A DNA stretch of 64,000 nucleotides from positions 1-64,000 of the forward strand of contig CAVUHW010000027.1 in assembly GCA_963741205.1 (NCBI GenBank). Reading direction: 5' to 3'. The position numbers and the translations under genes were made by a program. Origin of the DNA: Nitrospirota bacterium (GTDB lineage Bacteria > Nitrospirota > UBA9217). Every line of letters begins with the position of its first letter. The stretch's first letter is position 1. Below the pieces are notes generated by a model. That model was not told where the DNA came from, searched no databases, and saw only the letters and a list, made by a program, of their open reading frames with translations. This document shows, piece after piece, positions 49,025 through 63,254 of this stretch.

Positions 49025-50452
49025 ATGAAACTTCCGAACAATAAAACCAAGATCGTCTGCACCATCGGTCCTGCTTCGGAATCACCGGCGATGATGAAGC
49101 AGATGATCGAGGCGGGCATGAACGTGGCCCGGCTGAACTTCTCCCACGGCGACTTCGCGGCACACAAGAAGGTGATCGAGAACCTCCGGGCCGCAGCAGC
49201 AACCACCGGCCGCCGCATTGCGATCATGGCCGACCTCTCGGGCCCGAAGATGCGGATCGGGAAGATCGACCCGGAGCCTGTAGAGCTGAGAGTCGGCGAC
49301 CCCTTCGCGCTGACCACGGAAGACATCATCGGCGATGCGACCCGCGTGTCCGTGTCCTTTGACCGCCTTCCTCAGGCAGTCAAGAAGGGGAATACGCTTT
49401 TCCTGAATGACGGCTATATCCAGCTTGAAGTAACGGGAGTAAAGGGCAGGGACGTTCTCTGCACGGTGAAAGTCGGCGGAGAGCTTCGCTCGCGCAAAGG
49501 ACTCAACCTGCCGGGCATCGACCTTGGGATGAGTGCATTCACCGAGCGTGACCATGAATGCCTCAAGTTCGTGCTGGAGAACGGCGTTGATGCCGTAAGC
49601 CAGTCATTCGTTGAAAGCGCGGCTGACATCGAGGCGGTTCGCAAGGCCGCGGCAGACCTGGGATATCATCCCTTCATCATTGCCAAGATCGAGCGTTCGG
49701 GGGCGCTTATGAACATTGATACAATCCTCGATGCGGCCGACGGGATCATGATAGCCCGCGGCGACCTCGGTGTCGAGGTCCCGATCGAGGAGATCGCGGT
49801 GGTGCAGAAGCGGCTGATGCGCCTTGCGAACAGGCGTGCAAAGCCGGTCATCACGGCAACCCAGATGCTCGAGTCCATGACGGACAACCGGAGACCCACG
49901 AGGGCAGAGGCCACGGACGTTTCAAATGCGATTATTGACGGGACCGACTGCGTCATGCTCTCAGGGGAATCTGCCATGGGGAAATATCCCGTGGATGCGG
50001 TGGCAATGCTTGCGAAAATTGCCGCTGCGGTAGAGCCGCATCGGCCCGCCATCGAGGTGCAGGATCTGTATAAGGGTGTTGATCTCGCGGGAAGGATCCG
50101 GACAGAGCATCTCATCGCCATCGGCGTGGAGGAGTGCCTGGATTACGTAACACCGGCAGCCGTGTTCGTTCCGACCCACGGCGGCGGCACGGCGCGGAGC
50201 ATCGCACGGTTCCGTTTCCCTGCCTGGACGATTGCGGTGAGCTCGCAGGAGGCGACTTGTCAGAACCTCCAGTTCTCATCGGGTGTATACCCGGTGCACG
50301 AGTTGGAACACCCGGAACGTTGGACAGACTACATAAGGCAATGGGTGCGCGATCACGAGCTCGCAGGAAAGCTCGCCATTCTTACTGAAGGGCCTTCCTC
50401 AAAGCACCCGGAGACGAACCATCGGATGGAGATCATCGAGCTTGACCGTTGA
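49025..50452 (+). CDS. pyk: Pyruvate kinase
   Basis: KTKIVCTIGPAS, RLNFSHG, IAKIE, MIARGDLGVE, ATQMLESM, MLSGESA. Confidence 0.97.
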   Translation: MKLPNNKTKIVCTIGPASESPAMMKQMIEAGMNVARLNFSHGDFAAHKKVIENLRAAAATTGRRIAIMADLSGPKMRIGKIDPEPVELRVGDPFALTTEDIIGDATRVSVSFDRLPQAVKKGNTLFLNDGYIQLEVTGVKGRDVLCTVKVGGELRSRKGLNLPGIDLGMSAFTERDHECLKFVLENGVDAVSQSFVESAADIEAVRKAAADLGYHPFIIAKIERSGALMNIDTILDAADGIMIARGDLGVEVPIEEIAVVQKRLMRLANRRAKPVITATQMLESMTDNRRPTRAEATDVSNAIIDGTDCVMLSGESAMGKYPVDAVAMLAKIAAAVEPHRPAIEVQDLYKGVDLAGRIRTEHLIAIGVEECLDYVTPAAVFVPTHGGGTARSIARFRFPAWTIAVSSQEATCQNLQFSSGVYPVHELEHPERWTDYIRQWVRDHELAGKLAILTEGPSSKHPETNHRMEIIELDR

Positions 50453-50509
50453 GAAGGAGCAGAAAAATAATGAGAATGACCGCTGACCGGCTGAGAGAGG
50501 AGAGTTGAC

Positions 50510-51256
50510 ATGAAAAAACTGGTATTGCTCCGCCACGGCGAGAGCACTTGGAACAAGGAGAACCGGTTCACGGGCTGGACCGATGTGCCGCTTTCGGAAA
50601 AAGGTATAGAGGAGGCCCGGGAGGCGGGACGTCTTATCCGCGAAGCAGGGTTCACCTTCGACATTGCGTATACGTCGGTCCTGAAACGTGCGATCAAGAC
50701 GCTCTGGCTCGCGCTTGAGGAAATGGACCTGATGTGGATCCCTGTCCATAACCACTGGCGTCTGAATGAACGACATTACGGCGCCCTTCAGGGGCTGAAC
50801 AAGGCGGAGACCGCGGAAAAGCACGGAATGGACCAGGTCAAGATATGGAGGAGGAGCTATGATATTCCGCCGCCGGTGCTCACAAAGGACGATGACCGCT
50901 ATCCCGGCAAGGACCCTCGCTATAAGAACCTGAGGCCTGAAGAGATTCCCCTGACGGAATCGCTCAAGGACACGGTTGCGCGCTTTCTCCCCTACTGGCA
51001 TGAGACGATCGCGCCGGTTGTGCGGGGTGAGAAGCGGGTAATCATCGCCGCGCATGGCAACAGCCTGCGCGCCCTGGTCAAATTTCTGGACAACATTCCG
51101 GATTCGGAGATCGTCGGTCTGAACATCCCGACAGGGATCCCTCTGGTATATGAAATGGAGGACGATCTGAAGCCGATCCGCAGCTATTACCTCGGCGACC
51201 CCGAGGCGGCAAAAAAAGCGGCGCAGGCTGTCGCAGATCAGATGAAGAAAAAGTAG
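50510..51256 (+). CDS. gpmA: 2,3-BPG-dependent phosphoglycerate mutase
   Basis: [32 protein letters not shown]. Confidence 0.97.
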   Translation: MKKLVLLRHGESTWNKENRFTGWTDVPLSEKGIEEAREAGRLIREAGFTFDIAYTSVLKRAIKTLWLALEEMDLMWIPVHNHWRLNERHYGALQGLNKAETAEKHGMDQVKIWRRSYDIPPPVLTKDDDRYPGKDPRYKNLRPEEIPLTESLKDTVARFLPYWHETIAPVVRGEKRVIIAAHGNSLRALVKFLDNIPDSEIVGLNIPTGIPLVYEMEDDLKPIRSYYLGDPEAAKKAAQAVADQMKKK

Positions 51257-51299
51257 AGGTTTATAGATATAACTAGCTGAAATATAAAATAAAACATGA

Positions 51300-52652
<1,353 letters not shown>

Positions 52653-52703
52653 CTTGTAACTGGGTATATGGCTTAGAGCATTATGTCGCTTGATTTTTTA
52701 TAG

Positions 52704-53723
<1,020 letters not shown>

Positions 53724-53741
53724 ACTCCTAAGGAGTATGCT

Positions 53742-54176
53742 ATGAAGATCCTGACGACACCCAGAATGGAGCGCTGCATCGGATGCCACTCCTGCTCCCT
53801 TGCCTGTGCACGCCTGGTGCACAAGCGGCTTTCCTGGGATACGGCCGGAATCCGTATCCGGTCATCGGGCGGATTGTCCACCGGCTACGAGGCTCGGACC
53901 TGCCTGGCCTGCGACCCGGCGCCCTGCGCTGAGGCCTGTCCGACGGGAGCGTACTCGCAGAGGAAGGGCGGGGGAGTGCTCGTGCGCAAGAACCTCTGCA
54001 TTCGCTGCGGGGAGTGCGCCAAGGCCTGCCCCGTGGATGCCATCTTTCTCGACGCTACCCGGGAACCTTTTGTCTGCATCCACTGCGGCCGGTGCGTTCC
54101 CTTCTGCCCGCATGACTGCCTGGAGATGAAAGAAGTCGCAACAGCAGAGCCTGCGCGGCAGGGAGGTGCGTCATGA
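53742..54176 (+). CDS. 4x[4Fe-4S] ferredoxin-like subunit (GorS-like)
   Basis: CIGCHSCSLAC, CLACDPAPCAEACP, CIRCGECAKACP, CIHCGRCVPFCP; overlaps the next gene (ATGA). Confidence 0.9.
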   Translation: MKILTTPRMERCIGCHSCSLACARLVHKRLSWDTAGIRIRSSGGLSTGYEARTCLACDPAPCAEACPTGAYSQRKGGGVLVRKNLCIRCGECAKACPVDAIFLDATREPFVCIHCGRCVPFCPHDCLEMKEVATAEPARQGGAS

Positions 54177-55950
54177 TCAGGGATACTTTCAGGGTACTCG
54201 TGGTTGACCTCGGAACCGGCCGCGGCAATGTCGTAGTGCTCGACGGAAGAAACACCGTGGCAGGCGGCAGCGGACTTGCGGCGCTCCTGTTCACCAAATA
54301 TGGACATGCAGACAAGCCGTGGAACGATCCTGTTCAGCCGCTCATCTTCGCCATTGGCCCGTTGACGGGCTACTTCCCGCTCATGAGCAAGACGGTCTGT
54401 GCCTTCAAGTCGCCTTACCACGACCAGTACGCGGAAAGCCACGCTGGCGGCCGTTCGGCGCTCGCACTTCGCTTTGCGGACCTGGACGCGCTGGTCGTCA
54501 CGGGCAGGGCCGCGAGACCTTCCGTCATCTCGATCGGCTCGCGTCATCTGGAGGTGAAGGATGTCCACTACCTCTGGGGACGGGGCGTCTTTGCCACCGG
54601 CAGAATGATGCGCGGCATGTTCAAGGGGGCGGGACACAGGAGCATCCTGCGCATCGGACCAGCGGGCGAGAACGGCTCCGCCATGGCCGGCATCAATGCC
54701 GATACCTACCGCCATTTCGGCAGGCTGGGAGGCGGCGCAGTGATGGGAAGCAAGAACCTCAAGGGCATCGTGATCAATGGCGACGGGGCGTTCCCGCTTT
54801 CGGATTCCAAGGAATATCCAAAACTGTTTCAGGATGTCTATGAGAAACTCACCGACACGGACATGATGAGAAAGTACCATGACATCGGCACGCCCATCAA
54901 CGTGGCGGTGTTGAATGAGGTGAAGATGCTGCCCATTCGCAACCTTCAGCGGACTACCGATCCCGCCATGAGCGGCATCACGGGAGAAAAGTTTGCCGAG
55001 CTTGCGCTTCTCCGGAACTCGGCCTGCGCAGGCTGCCCGGTGGGTTGCATCCACATTGGATTCGTGCGTGAGCAATACCGGAAGGAGGAACATCGTTATA
55101 TTTATCGGCAGGTCTCCTATGACCATGAGCCGATCTTCGCCGTGGGGTCCATGCTTTCGGTCGAGAACTGTTTTTCAATACTCGCCATTATTGACGTCGC
55201 TGAAAAGGTGGGGCTTGATGTGATGTCGGCGGGCGTGGCCCTTGCCTGGGCCACCGAGGCCCTTGAAAAGGGGATCATTTCGGAAAAGGAGACGATCACC
55301 AGGCTCTCCTTCGGCGACAGCGAAGGGTACAAGCAGGCGATGCAGCACCTGGGCGAAGGGAAAAACGACTTCTACCGCCTGCTTGGTCAGGGTACGCTCA
55401 AGGCCGCGGAACACTACGGCGGAAAGGACTTTGCCTGCGTGCTCGGCCAGGAGATGGGGGGATACGCAACAGGTGAGGTCTTCTTCGCCTCCCAGGCGCT
55501 TGGCTTCCGGCACTCTCACCTGGACACCGGCGGCTACTCCTACGACCAGAAGGAGAAGAGCAAGGACCCGGCAAAAGCCGTGGACTTCCTGGTGAAGGAT
55601 GAACAGGGGAGGGTCCTGCTCACCTCGATGGTCGCCTGTCTCTTTGCCCGCGGCGTCTATCCGATGCCTTGCTGGCGGAATGTCTCAAGTCTGTGGGTTA
55701 CGGCGCGCTCGCCGACAGTCTCGATGGGGTATCCAAGAACATCCAGCAGCTCCGCTGGAGGACGCGCGTCGCCACGGGTTACCGGCCTGAGGACGTGACG
55801 ATCCCGAAGCGCTTCCTCGAGATCACCACCGGCAAGGGGCCCATGGACGGCGTCTACTTGGCCGCCCTCAAGGAACAGTACGCGAAGGCCATCAGAGGCC
55901 TTGCGGCCCCGGCTACGGAGGTCCCGCCCGCGGGGAAGCAGGAGGGTTGA
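54173..55950 (+). CDS. W/Mo aldehyde:ferredoxin oxidoreductase-family catalytic subunit (GorL-like; indel near 55665)
   Basis: IFAIGPLTG, ESHAGG, IGPAGEN, GRLGGGAVMGSKNLKGI, CAGCPVGC, YDHEP, GLDVMSAG. Confidence 0.88.
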
Positions 55951-56170
55951 TCCTGTTTCATGAGGTTTTACAAATTGTACGACGAATAAAATAGTAAATT
56001 TGCCGATAGGCATCAGCTAATACAAACGCATTCAGAATCGTTCCTGCTTTGCCCCTCTCTTCTTTCCGCTCCCAGAGGGGAGAGGGTTGGGTGAGGGGGG
56101 ACTTGCCGGATGTAACATTATTTATTTCGTTCGCATTAATAAAAAAATCAAGGGGAAGAAGGAGGGGAAA

Positions 56171-57982
56171 ATGACTAAGTTAAGAAGCATTATTCTGTCA
56201 GTTCTTGTTTTGTCTCTGTTCTCATGGTCCTGCGCAACAACTCCGAAGGAGAAAGCGCCGGAAAAACCTGCACAGGCGGCTATGCCGGCTCCTGCAAAGG
56301 ACGCCTTTCTCGCAGGCGTGCATATCAAAAAGCAGGTCAGTTGCGACGGCTGCCACGGCACGGCCGGAAACGTTGTGGATGACAATGAACAACCGGTGAA
56401 CAGCAATTGTGTCAAGTGCCACGGCGATCTGGCAGAAGTGGCCAAGAAAGCCACCGGCCACATCAATCCTCACAAATCCCACCTCGGCGAAATAAATTGC
56501 ACTGCCTGCCATCACGGCCACGAGGCTTCCAAGCCCTATTGCCTGAACTGCCATGACTTCGTAATGAAAATCTCCTCAAGCGAAGGGCCGGCGCAGCCCG
56601 CAGCGCCAAAGCCAGCGGAAAGCAAGATCGTTGATCAGACCGACGTCGTGGTCATCGGCGCGGGGGCAGCAGGGATGACCGCTGCTATTACGGCCCATGA
56701 CGCCGGGGCAAAGGTCATTGTGCTAGAAAAGATGCCGATCACCGGCGGGAACAGCATGCTGTCAGCGGGCGGGATGAACGCCGCTGAAACAAAGTTCCAG
56801 AAGGAAAAAAACATCCAGGATTCCGTGGATCTCATGATCAAGGATACAATGACCGGCGGCGGCAACATCGCAGATCCGGATCTGGTAAAGATATTGGCAA
56901 AGAATTCCGCCGGCTCCATTGACTGGCTCACTTCGATCGGAGCGGACATGAGCGATGTAGGACGAATGGGAGGGGCAAGCGTCAACAGAACACATCGTCC
57001 GCAGGGAGGTTCCGCAGTCGGAGCGCACATGGCAGTCGTTTTGAAAAAAAATGCTGTGGACCGCAAGATCGACATTAGGGTCAATAGCAAGGTGGTCAAG
57101 ATCCTGGAGGACAAGCAGGGCCGCGTCACGGGAGTTCAGGTCGAGGGAAAGCACCGGGGGCTGTACACGATCAACGCCAAGGCGGTGGTGCTTGCGGCAG
57201 GAGGATTCTCCGCAAATCCCGAACGGGTAGCCAAATACCATCCGGAGTTCAAGGGCATGACCACGACGAACCAGCCAGGTGCGATCGGCGACGGGATGGA
57301 CCTCGGTGAAGCAGCAGGCGGAGAGCTTAGGGACATGAAGGAGATCCAGATTCATCCTACCGTGGCAGCTGGCGGCATCCTCATCACCGAGGCAGTAAGG
57401 GGCAACGGCGCTATCGTAGTTAATCACGAAGGCAAGCGGTTCATGAACGAGCTGACAACAAGGGACAAGGCGTCGGCCGCCATCCTTGACAGACCGGGAA
57501 ATCGGCATTCATGATCTTTGATGAAGGCGTTCGTCAGAGCTTGAAGCAGATCGACGGCTATTTCCATCTTGAACTGGTAAAGGAAGGCGAGACCCCGGAG
57601 GCACTTGCGGCGCAGATCAAAGTGCCGGCGGAAGCCCTCAAAGCAACGATTGATGACCTATAACCAGGCCGTAGATAAGAAGGACGATGCCGAGTTCAAA
57701 CGTCCCGACATGCCCCGGGCTCTGCGTACGCCCAAATATTACGCCATCGAGATCAAGCCCGGAGTGCATTACACAATGGGCGGCCTGAAGATCAACACCG
57801 AAACACAGGTGATGGCCAAGGACGGCAAACCGATCGCGGGGTTCTATGCTGCAGGTGAGGTTACCGGAGGCGTTCATGGCACGAACCGACTCGGCGGCAA
57901 TTCCATATCGGAGACCATAACCTTCGGCAGGATCGCGGGCGCCAACGCCGCGAAACTGGCGAAGTCTGCACCGGCTCCGTAA
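56171..57982 (+). CDS. Lipoprotein tetraheme flavocytochrome c (Fcc3-type fumarate reductase; indels near 57490 and 57652)
   Basis: Lipobox SWSC; CDGCH, CVKCH, CTACH, CLNCH; GAGAAG FAD motif; QIHPT, EAVRG, ELTTRD, HYTMGG, NRLGGNS. Confidence 0.9.
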
Positions 57983-58756
57983 ATGAGGCACGAACGCATG
58001 ACTAAGAAAGGCAAAACAAAGGAACCAGAAGGAATGGTCAGCCTCGCTGACGAGGACCGGGTAAAAGAGGTCCTCGTCAGCACCATCCTTGACCTGTGGG
58101 AGGCGGTGAACAATCTCACGCGTCTCCGTCCGTCGAAACGCGAGCGCTATCGGGTGACCATCTTCGGATCCGCGAGGGTACCGAGAGACTCGTGGGTCTT
58201 CAGCGAGGTCATGCGCCTGGCGCAGACCTTGTCCGGGATGGGATGCGACATCGTGACCGGAGGCGGACCGGGATTGATGCAGGCGGCGAATGAGGGTGCT
58301 GCCAGGGCGGGCAGGGCCGGCCGCAGCCGTTCCGTGGGTGTGCGCGTAGATCTGCCGTTCGAACAGAACGTCAACCCCTTCGTTGAGCAGACATTCGAAC
58401 ACAGGACGTTTTTCACCAGGCTGCACCAGTTCGTGCTCATGTCGGACGCGTTCGTTGTCGTTCCCGGAGGCGTCGGCACGGCGCTGGAGACGCTGATGAT
58501 CTGGCAGCTTTTACAAGTACGGCACCTTGACGACAGAACCCCGCTGATCCTCATTGGGAAGATGTACGCCGATCTCGTCGCGTGGGCGCGCGAGCACATG
58601 CTGAACCCGGAGTTCCCCCTTGCCGGCCAGGAAGACATGAAGATACCACTGTGTCTGAACAGCGCGGATGAAGCAATTGCCGTGATCAAGAGGCATTACG
58701 CTGTCTGGCGGAAGGAACAAGGGCGCGCGAAGACTGCGGTGAGGCGGGGCCGGTAA
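57983..58756 (+). CDS. LOG family nucleotide phosphoribohydrolase-like protein
   Basis: VTIFGSAR, TGGGPGLMQAANEGA, PGGVGTALE. Confidence 0.88.
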   Translation: MRHERMTKKGKTKEPEGMVSLADEDRVKEVLVSTILDLWEAVNNLTRLRPSKRERYRVTIFGSARVPRDSWVFSEVMRLAQTLSGMGCDIVTGGGPGLMQAANEGAARAGRAGRSRSVGVRVDLPFEQNVNPFVEQTFEHRTFFTRLHQFVLMSDAFVVVPGGVGTALETLMIWQLLQVRHLDDRTPLILIGKMYADLVAWAREHMLNPEFPLAGQEDMKIPLCLNSADEAIAVIKRHYAVWRKEQGRAKTAVRRGR

Positions 58757-58915
58757 ACAGGGCAGCAGTTGGACCTGAAGCTCCGCTGGGACCAGGTCGA
58801 CTTCGCTGAATTCCTGAGAGGAGAGATTGCTTCGCTCGCAAAGATAATACCCATGCTTTTACAGCGGCCCGTCAGATGCTGATTTACAAGCGATGAGAAC
58901 GAGGAGGATAACGGC

Positions 58916-60013
58916 ATGCATCTGCTGCTGAAAGAGATACGCCGCAATCCGCTGCTGTGGCTGCTTGTGTTCGTGCCGGTGGTGTTCATCGTCGGACACC
59001 TGAGGCCCGAGGCGCCGACGCTGCTCTTTGTGTTGTCCGTTCTCGCCATCGTTCCGCTCGCGACGCTTCTTAGTCATGCCACGGAATCGGTTGCCGCAAA
59101 GACCGGCGACGCGGTCGGGGGACTGCTGAACGCCACGCTCGGGAACCTGACCGAACTGGTCATCGCCCTGTCTGCGCTTCGCGCAGGGGAGTATATGCTG
59201 GTGAAGGCGTCCATTGCCGGGGCGATCGTCACCAACTCGCTGTTCATGCTGGGCGCATCGTTCCTGCTCGGCGGGCTCAAGCACCATACGCAGGAATTCA
59301 ATCCTGCCGGAGCGAGGCTCCAGGCGGCTCAACTTTTTCTGGCGACGATTGCGATGCTCCTGCCGTCCGCTGTGGGCGCCGCGGACTCCACGCAGACAGC
59401 GGCCTTTACAGAGAAGCTGAGCGTTTACCTGTCGCTCTTATTGATCGCGATCTACGGGCTCGGGCTGCTTTTCTCGCTTAAGACGCACCGCGAGTTTTTT
59501 GGCGCCGCGGAGCATCACGGGGAGGAGGACACAGCACCGTGGCCAATCGGCCTGGCACTGGGGACCCTGGCCGGCGTGACCGTGCTGGTAGCGCTCGTCA
59601 GCGAAATCTTTGTCGAGTCCGTGCAGGGCGCCGCGCTCGAACTGGGGATGTCCAAGGCGTTCGTCGGGTTCATCGTTGTGGCGCTCGTGGGCGCTGCTGC
59701 GGAAATGGCTGCTGCATTCTCGGGGGCGCGCAAGAATCGTCTGGACCTGAGCGTTGGCATAGCCCTCGGCAGCGCGACGCAGATCGCGCTGTTCGTGGCG
59801 CCGGTGCTGGTGCTTGCAAGCTACGCCCTGGGGCCATCGCCGATGACGCTCCAGTTCTGGCCTGGCGCCGTGTTCATGGTGCTGATCGCTACCGTTACGG
59901 CATCGTTCGTTGCCAACGGCGGACGCTCTGCTTGGTTCGTAGGCGCGCTGGTCCTGGCTGTCTATCTGACCTTCGCCGTCACGCTCTACCTTCTTCCTCC
60001 CCGCGTACCGTGA
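58916..60013 (+). CDS. cax: Ca2+/H+ exchanger (CaCA family)
   Basis: GGLLNATLGNLTEL (alpha-1 repeat), LVGAAAE and IALGSATQIALF (alpha-2 repeat); about 11 TM segments. Confidence 0.9.
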   Translation: MHLLLKEIRRNPLLWLLVFVPVVFIVGHLRPEAPTLLFVLSVLAIVPLATLLSHATESVAAKTGDAVGGLLNATLGNLTELVIALSALRAGEYMLVKASIAGAIVTNSLFMLGASFLLGGLKHHTQEFNPAGARLQAAQLFLATIAMLLPSAVGAADSTQTAAFTEKLSVYLSLLLIAIYGLGLLFSLKTHREFFGAAEHHGEEDTAPWPIGLALGTLAGVTVLVALVSEIFVESVQGAALELGMSKAFVGFIVVALVGAAAEMAAAFSGARKNRLDLSVGIALGSATQIALFVAPVLVLASYALGPSPMTLQFWPGAVFMVLIATVTASFVANGGRSAWFVGALVLAVYLTFAVTLYLLPPRVP

Positions 60014-60087
60014 AACGAAGGAGCGAGGAATCGGGGGAGAAACAATGGCATTAGCGCTTTCATTATTGTTCTGTACATACTTCAAGT

Positions 60088-60165
60088 CGTCATCCCCGAA
60101 TGATTCTATCGGGGATCCAGGATGAAAAACACTAAAACTGGATTCCCGCGTTCGCGGGAATGACG
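60088..60165. repeat. GTCATCCC..GGAATGAC REP-like composite palindrome, copy C
   Basis: cgtcatccccgaatgattctatcggggatccagg..ctggattcccgcgttcgcgggaatgacg. Confidence 0.85.
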
Positions 60166-60272
60166 AACGAATTGTGTTTCGTGCCGGGTGCAAGTCTATT
60201 TCTTAAGGTAAACGGCGTGTTCTACAGTGTGGGGGCGTCGATGATAGAAAAAATAATCCAAGGAGGGATATT

Positions 60273-60839
60273 ATGAGGAACAAAGGAATTGTCGGATGTA
60301 TGATCGCACTGATTCTGCTTTTCGCCACCGCATCGAACGCGGCGCCAGTTGCCGAAGAGAACCCGAGTTTCACCATCACCGAAACAAAGACGACGACGGA
60401 GAAGGTGGAGAACGTCGATTATACGACGCGGAAGGTCACGTTGAAGGATGAATCAGGAAAGGTGAGGACTGTGAAGGCAGGGACAGATATCCACAACCTC
60501 GACAAGCTGAAGATAGGAGATGAGGTGACTGTCGAGATTTTCCAGACCGTCTCGGGGGAGGTCAAGCCGGGTTCGGGAGATCCGATGAATATCAGCAAGG
60601 AAGGGCAGACAGCGCCCTTGCCGGGCGAGAAGCCCTCGGGCATTCGCACGGTCGAGGGAACGCTGAAAACAAAGATCGAGTCCATCAACTACGATAAACG
60701 CACGGTCAGCTTCAAGGGCCGCGACGGAAACATGAAGACCTACCGGATAGGTCCGGAGGCGAAGCGGTTCAACGAAATCAGGAGCGGGGACATGCTCTGG
60801 GTGGAGTATTCTCAGACCACCAAGATGACCGTGAAGTAA
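60273..60839 (+). CDS. Secreted hypothetical protein with two beta-rich repeats, same family as 5122-5748
   Basis: Signal peptide; 'VENVDYTTRKVTL..LKIGDEV' and 'IESINYDKRTVSF..IRSGDML'. Confidence 0.75.
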   Translation: MRNKGIVGCMIALILLFATASNAAPVAEENPSFTITETKTTTEKVENVDYTTRKVTLKDESGKVRTVKAGTDIHNLDKLKIGDEVTVEIFQTVSGEVKPGSGDPMNISKEGQTAPLPGEKPSGIRTVEGTLKTKIESINYDKRTVSFKGRDGNMKTYRIGPEAKRFNEIRSGDMLWVEYSQTTKMTVK

Positions 60840-60898
60840 TATCGATCGTCTTTGTCCGCGTCAGAGGTTTTCATAATGTACCGGAAGGAGTATGTCGG

Positions 60899-62951
60899 AT
60901 GAATGCAGGCCAAAGCTCACCGCTCGGCGCATCGATGCGCCGTAGCGGAGTCAATTTCAGCGTGTACTCGAGCAGCGCCACGGGTGTGGAACTGCTATTC
61001 TTCGACCGGGAAGACGACTCGCGGCCCAGTCGCACGGTGCGCCTCGATCCCGAGGCTAATCGCTCGTACCACTACTGGCATGTCTTCATTCCGGACGTGA
61101 AAGCAGGGCAGCTCTACGGCTACCGTGTCGAGGGACCACACGATCCCGGGAAGGGTATGCGGTTCGATTCATCCAAGGTCCTGCTGGACCCTTACGGCCG
61201 CGGAGTTGTGGTCCCGAAGCACTACGACCACGTTGCAGCCGGCAGGGTAGGGGACAACGCGGCAACTGCGATGAAGAGCGTGGTGGTGGATCCGCGGGCC
61301 TATGATTGGGAAGGAGATGCGCCGCTCAAACGTCAGTCGGCGCAGACGGTGGTGTATGAGATGCATGTCGCGGGATTCACGCGAAATCCGAACTCCGGTG
61401 TCGCTCCGGCTAAACGCGGCACCTATGCCGGCCTGATCGAGAAGATCCCCTATCTTCAGAAGCTGGGCATCACCGCTGTCGAACTGCTGCCGGTCTTCCA
61501 GTATGATGCCCAGGACTGTCCGCCGGGGAAGGTCAACTACTGGGGCTACGCGCCGGTCTCGTACTTCGCCCCTCACCATGCATACAGTTCGCGCAAGGAC
61601 GCGCTCGGAGCGGTGGACGAGTTCCGTGATATGGTAAAGGCGCTCCACCGGGCGGGCATCGAGGTGATCCTCGACGTGGTGTACAATCATACTGCCGAAG
61701 GCAACCATGAAGGTCCGACGCTCTGCTATCGGGGGTTCGAGAACGAGGCATACTACATCCTGGAACCGGATAAGCGCTATTATTCCAACTACACGGGTTG
61801 CGGGAATACGCTTGATGCAAGCAATCCCATCGTGCGGCGGATGATCATCGACAGCCTGCACCACTGGGTCACCGAGATGCATGTGGACGGATTCCGGTTC
61901 GACCTCGCGTCGATCCTCACGCGGGACAAGCAGGGGATACCCCTGGCGAACCCGCCCATTCTCTGGGACATCGAGACGAGCCCGATACTGGCCGGCACCA
62001 AGCTCATTGCCGAGGCCTGGGACGCGGCAGGACTGTACCAGGTGGGCAGCTTCATCGGCGAAAGCTGGAAGGAATGGAACGGGCGGTTCCGCGATGATAC
62101 CCGCAGCTTCTTCCGGGGTGAAGATGGTTCGACAGCCCGCTTTGCCGACCGGCTGATCGGCAGCCCCGAGATCTTCGGCCACGAGGAGCGTGAGCCCGAA
62201 CAGAGCGTTAACTTCGTGACCTGCCACGACGGCTTCACCCTCAATGACCTCGTCTCCTACAACGACAAGCACAACGAGGCGAACGGAGAAGACAACCGCG
62301 ACGGGTCGAACGACAACGGGAGCTGGAACTGCGGCGTCGAGGGACCGACCGACGATCCCGCGGTTGAAAAACTGAGAAACCGGCAGGTTAAAAACTTCCT
62401 GGCCACGACGCTGCTCTCGGTGGGGATGCCCATGATCCTGATGGGCGACGAGGTGCGCCAGACCCAGGGGGGCAACAACAACGCGTACTGCCAGGACAAT
62501 GAGATCAGCTGGTTCGATTGGTCGCTGGTCGAGAAACATGCGGATGTGCTTCGGTTCGCGACCCTCCTGATAGAACGGAGGCGGCTCAGGGACGCGGCGC
62601 ACGAGCGGCAACGAATGAGCCTGAACCAGCTCATCCGGAGGGCGAAAAGCTCCTGGCATGGCGTAAAACTGAACCAGCCCGACTGGAGCAGTCAATCCCA
62701 TAGTGTGGCATTCACCGCTGAACTGCAGAATGAGAAGATGTTCTTTCACCTCATCCTGAACGCCTATCTGGGAGCGGCTCGACTTTGAGCTGCCGCCTCT
62801 GGAAAATAACGGCAGGTGGCGCCGGTGGATCGACACTGCCCTCGATTCCCCTCAGGATATCGTTCCGTGGCAGACGTCGCCGACGATTTCCGGTCCCGCC
62901 TATCGGGCCGAACCGCGTTCGGTCGTAGTTCTTTTTTCAGGAGGCTCATGA
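60899..62951 (+). CDS. glgX: Glycogen debranching enzyme / isoamylase (indel near 62768)
   Basis: GVNFSVYS, NYWGY, DVVYNHTAEG, DGFRFDLA, IAEAWD, TCHDGFTL, GGNNNAYCQD; the C-terminus WRRWIDT continues in the shifted frame to TGA at 62949-62951. Confidence 0.95.
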
Positions 62952-62957
62952 ACGTTG

Positions 62958-63008
62958 ATGCAAAAACTCGGGATATAACGCTCCAATCGGAACGGTCCCA
63001 ATAATTAA
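62958..63008 (+). pseudogene. Relic of the last ~16 codons of a sigma54 activator gene
   Basis: MQKLGI*RSNRNGPNN* against [16 protein letters not shown] (31838-31888). Confidence 0.75.
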
Positions 63009-63032
63009 TATTTTCTTACACTTGGACCTTCA

Positions 63033-63176
63033 CCTCGAAATATCGTGGCTGCCGTGAAATATAGTAGTACCAGCAACTTAATTTAGTCACTCCGTGCAGT
63101 TCCATTCGCCGGTTCAAATCAATTTCAAAGACTTAGTGGAATGGATAGGATCGACGATCCCGGCACGAAATTTGAT
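63033..63176 (+). promoter_or_regulatory. Second UAS (63033-63067) + IHF-like site (63123-63135) + sigma54 promoter (63161-63176)
   Basis: Same motifs and similar spacing as 31913-32059; CGGCACGAAATTTGAT. Confidence 0.7.
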
Positions 63177-63254
63177 AGATGTTCTGATGGCGTTATTTCG
63201 TCACCTTGTTTTATCCCACACAGTGGAAGGAATACCCATACAAAGGAGCGTGTC

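Noticed and set aside
56052-56100. ccctctc..gagagggttgggtgagggg palindrome
   Set aside because: It resembles a common REP-like family but is single and degenerate in this window, so it cannot be supported here.
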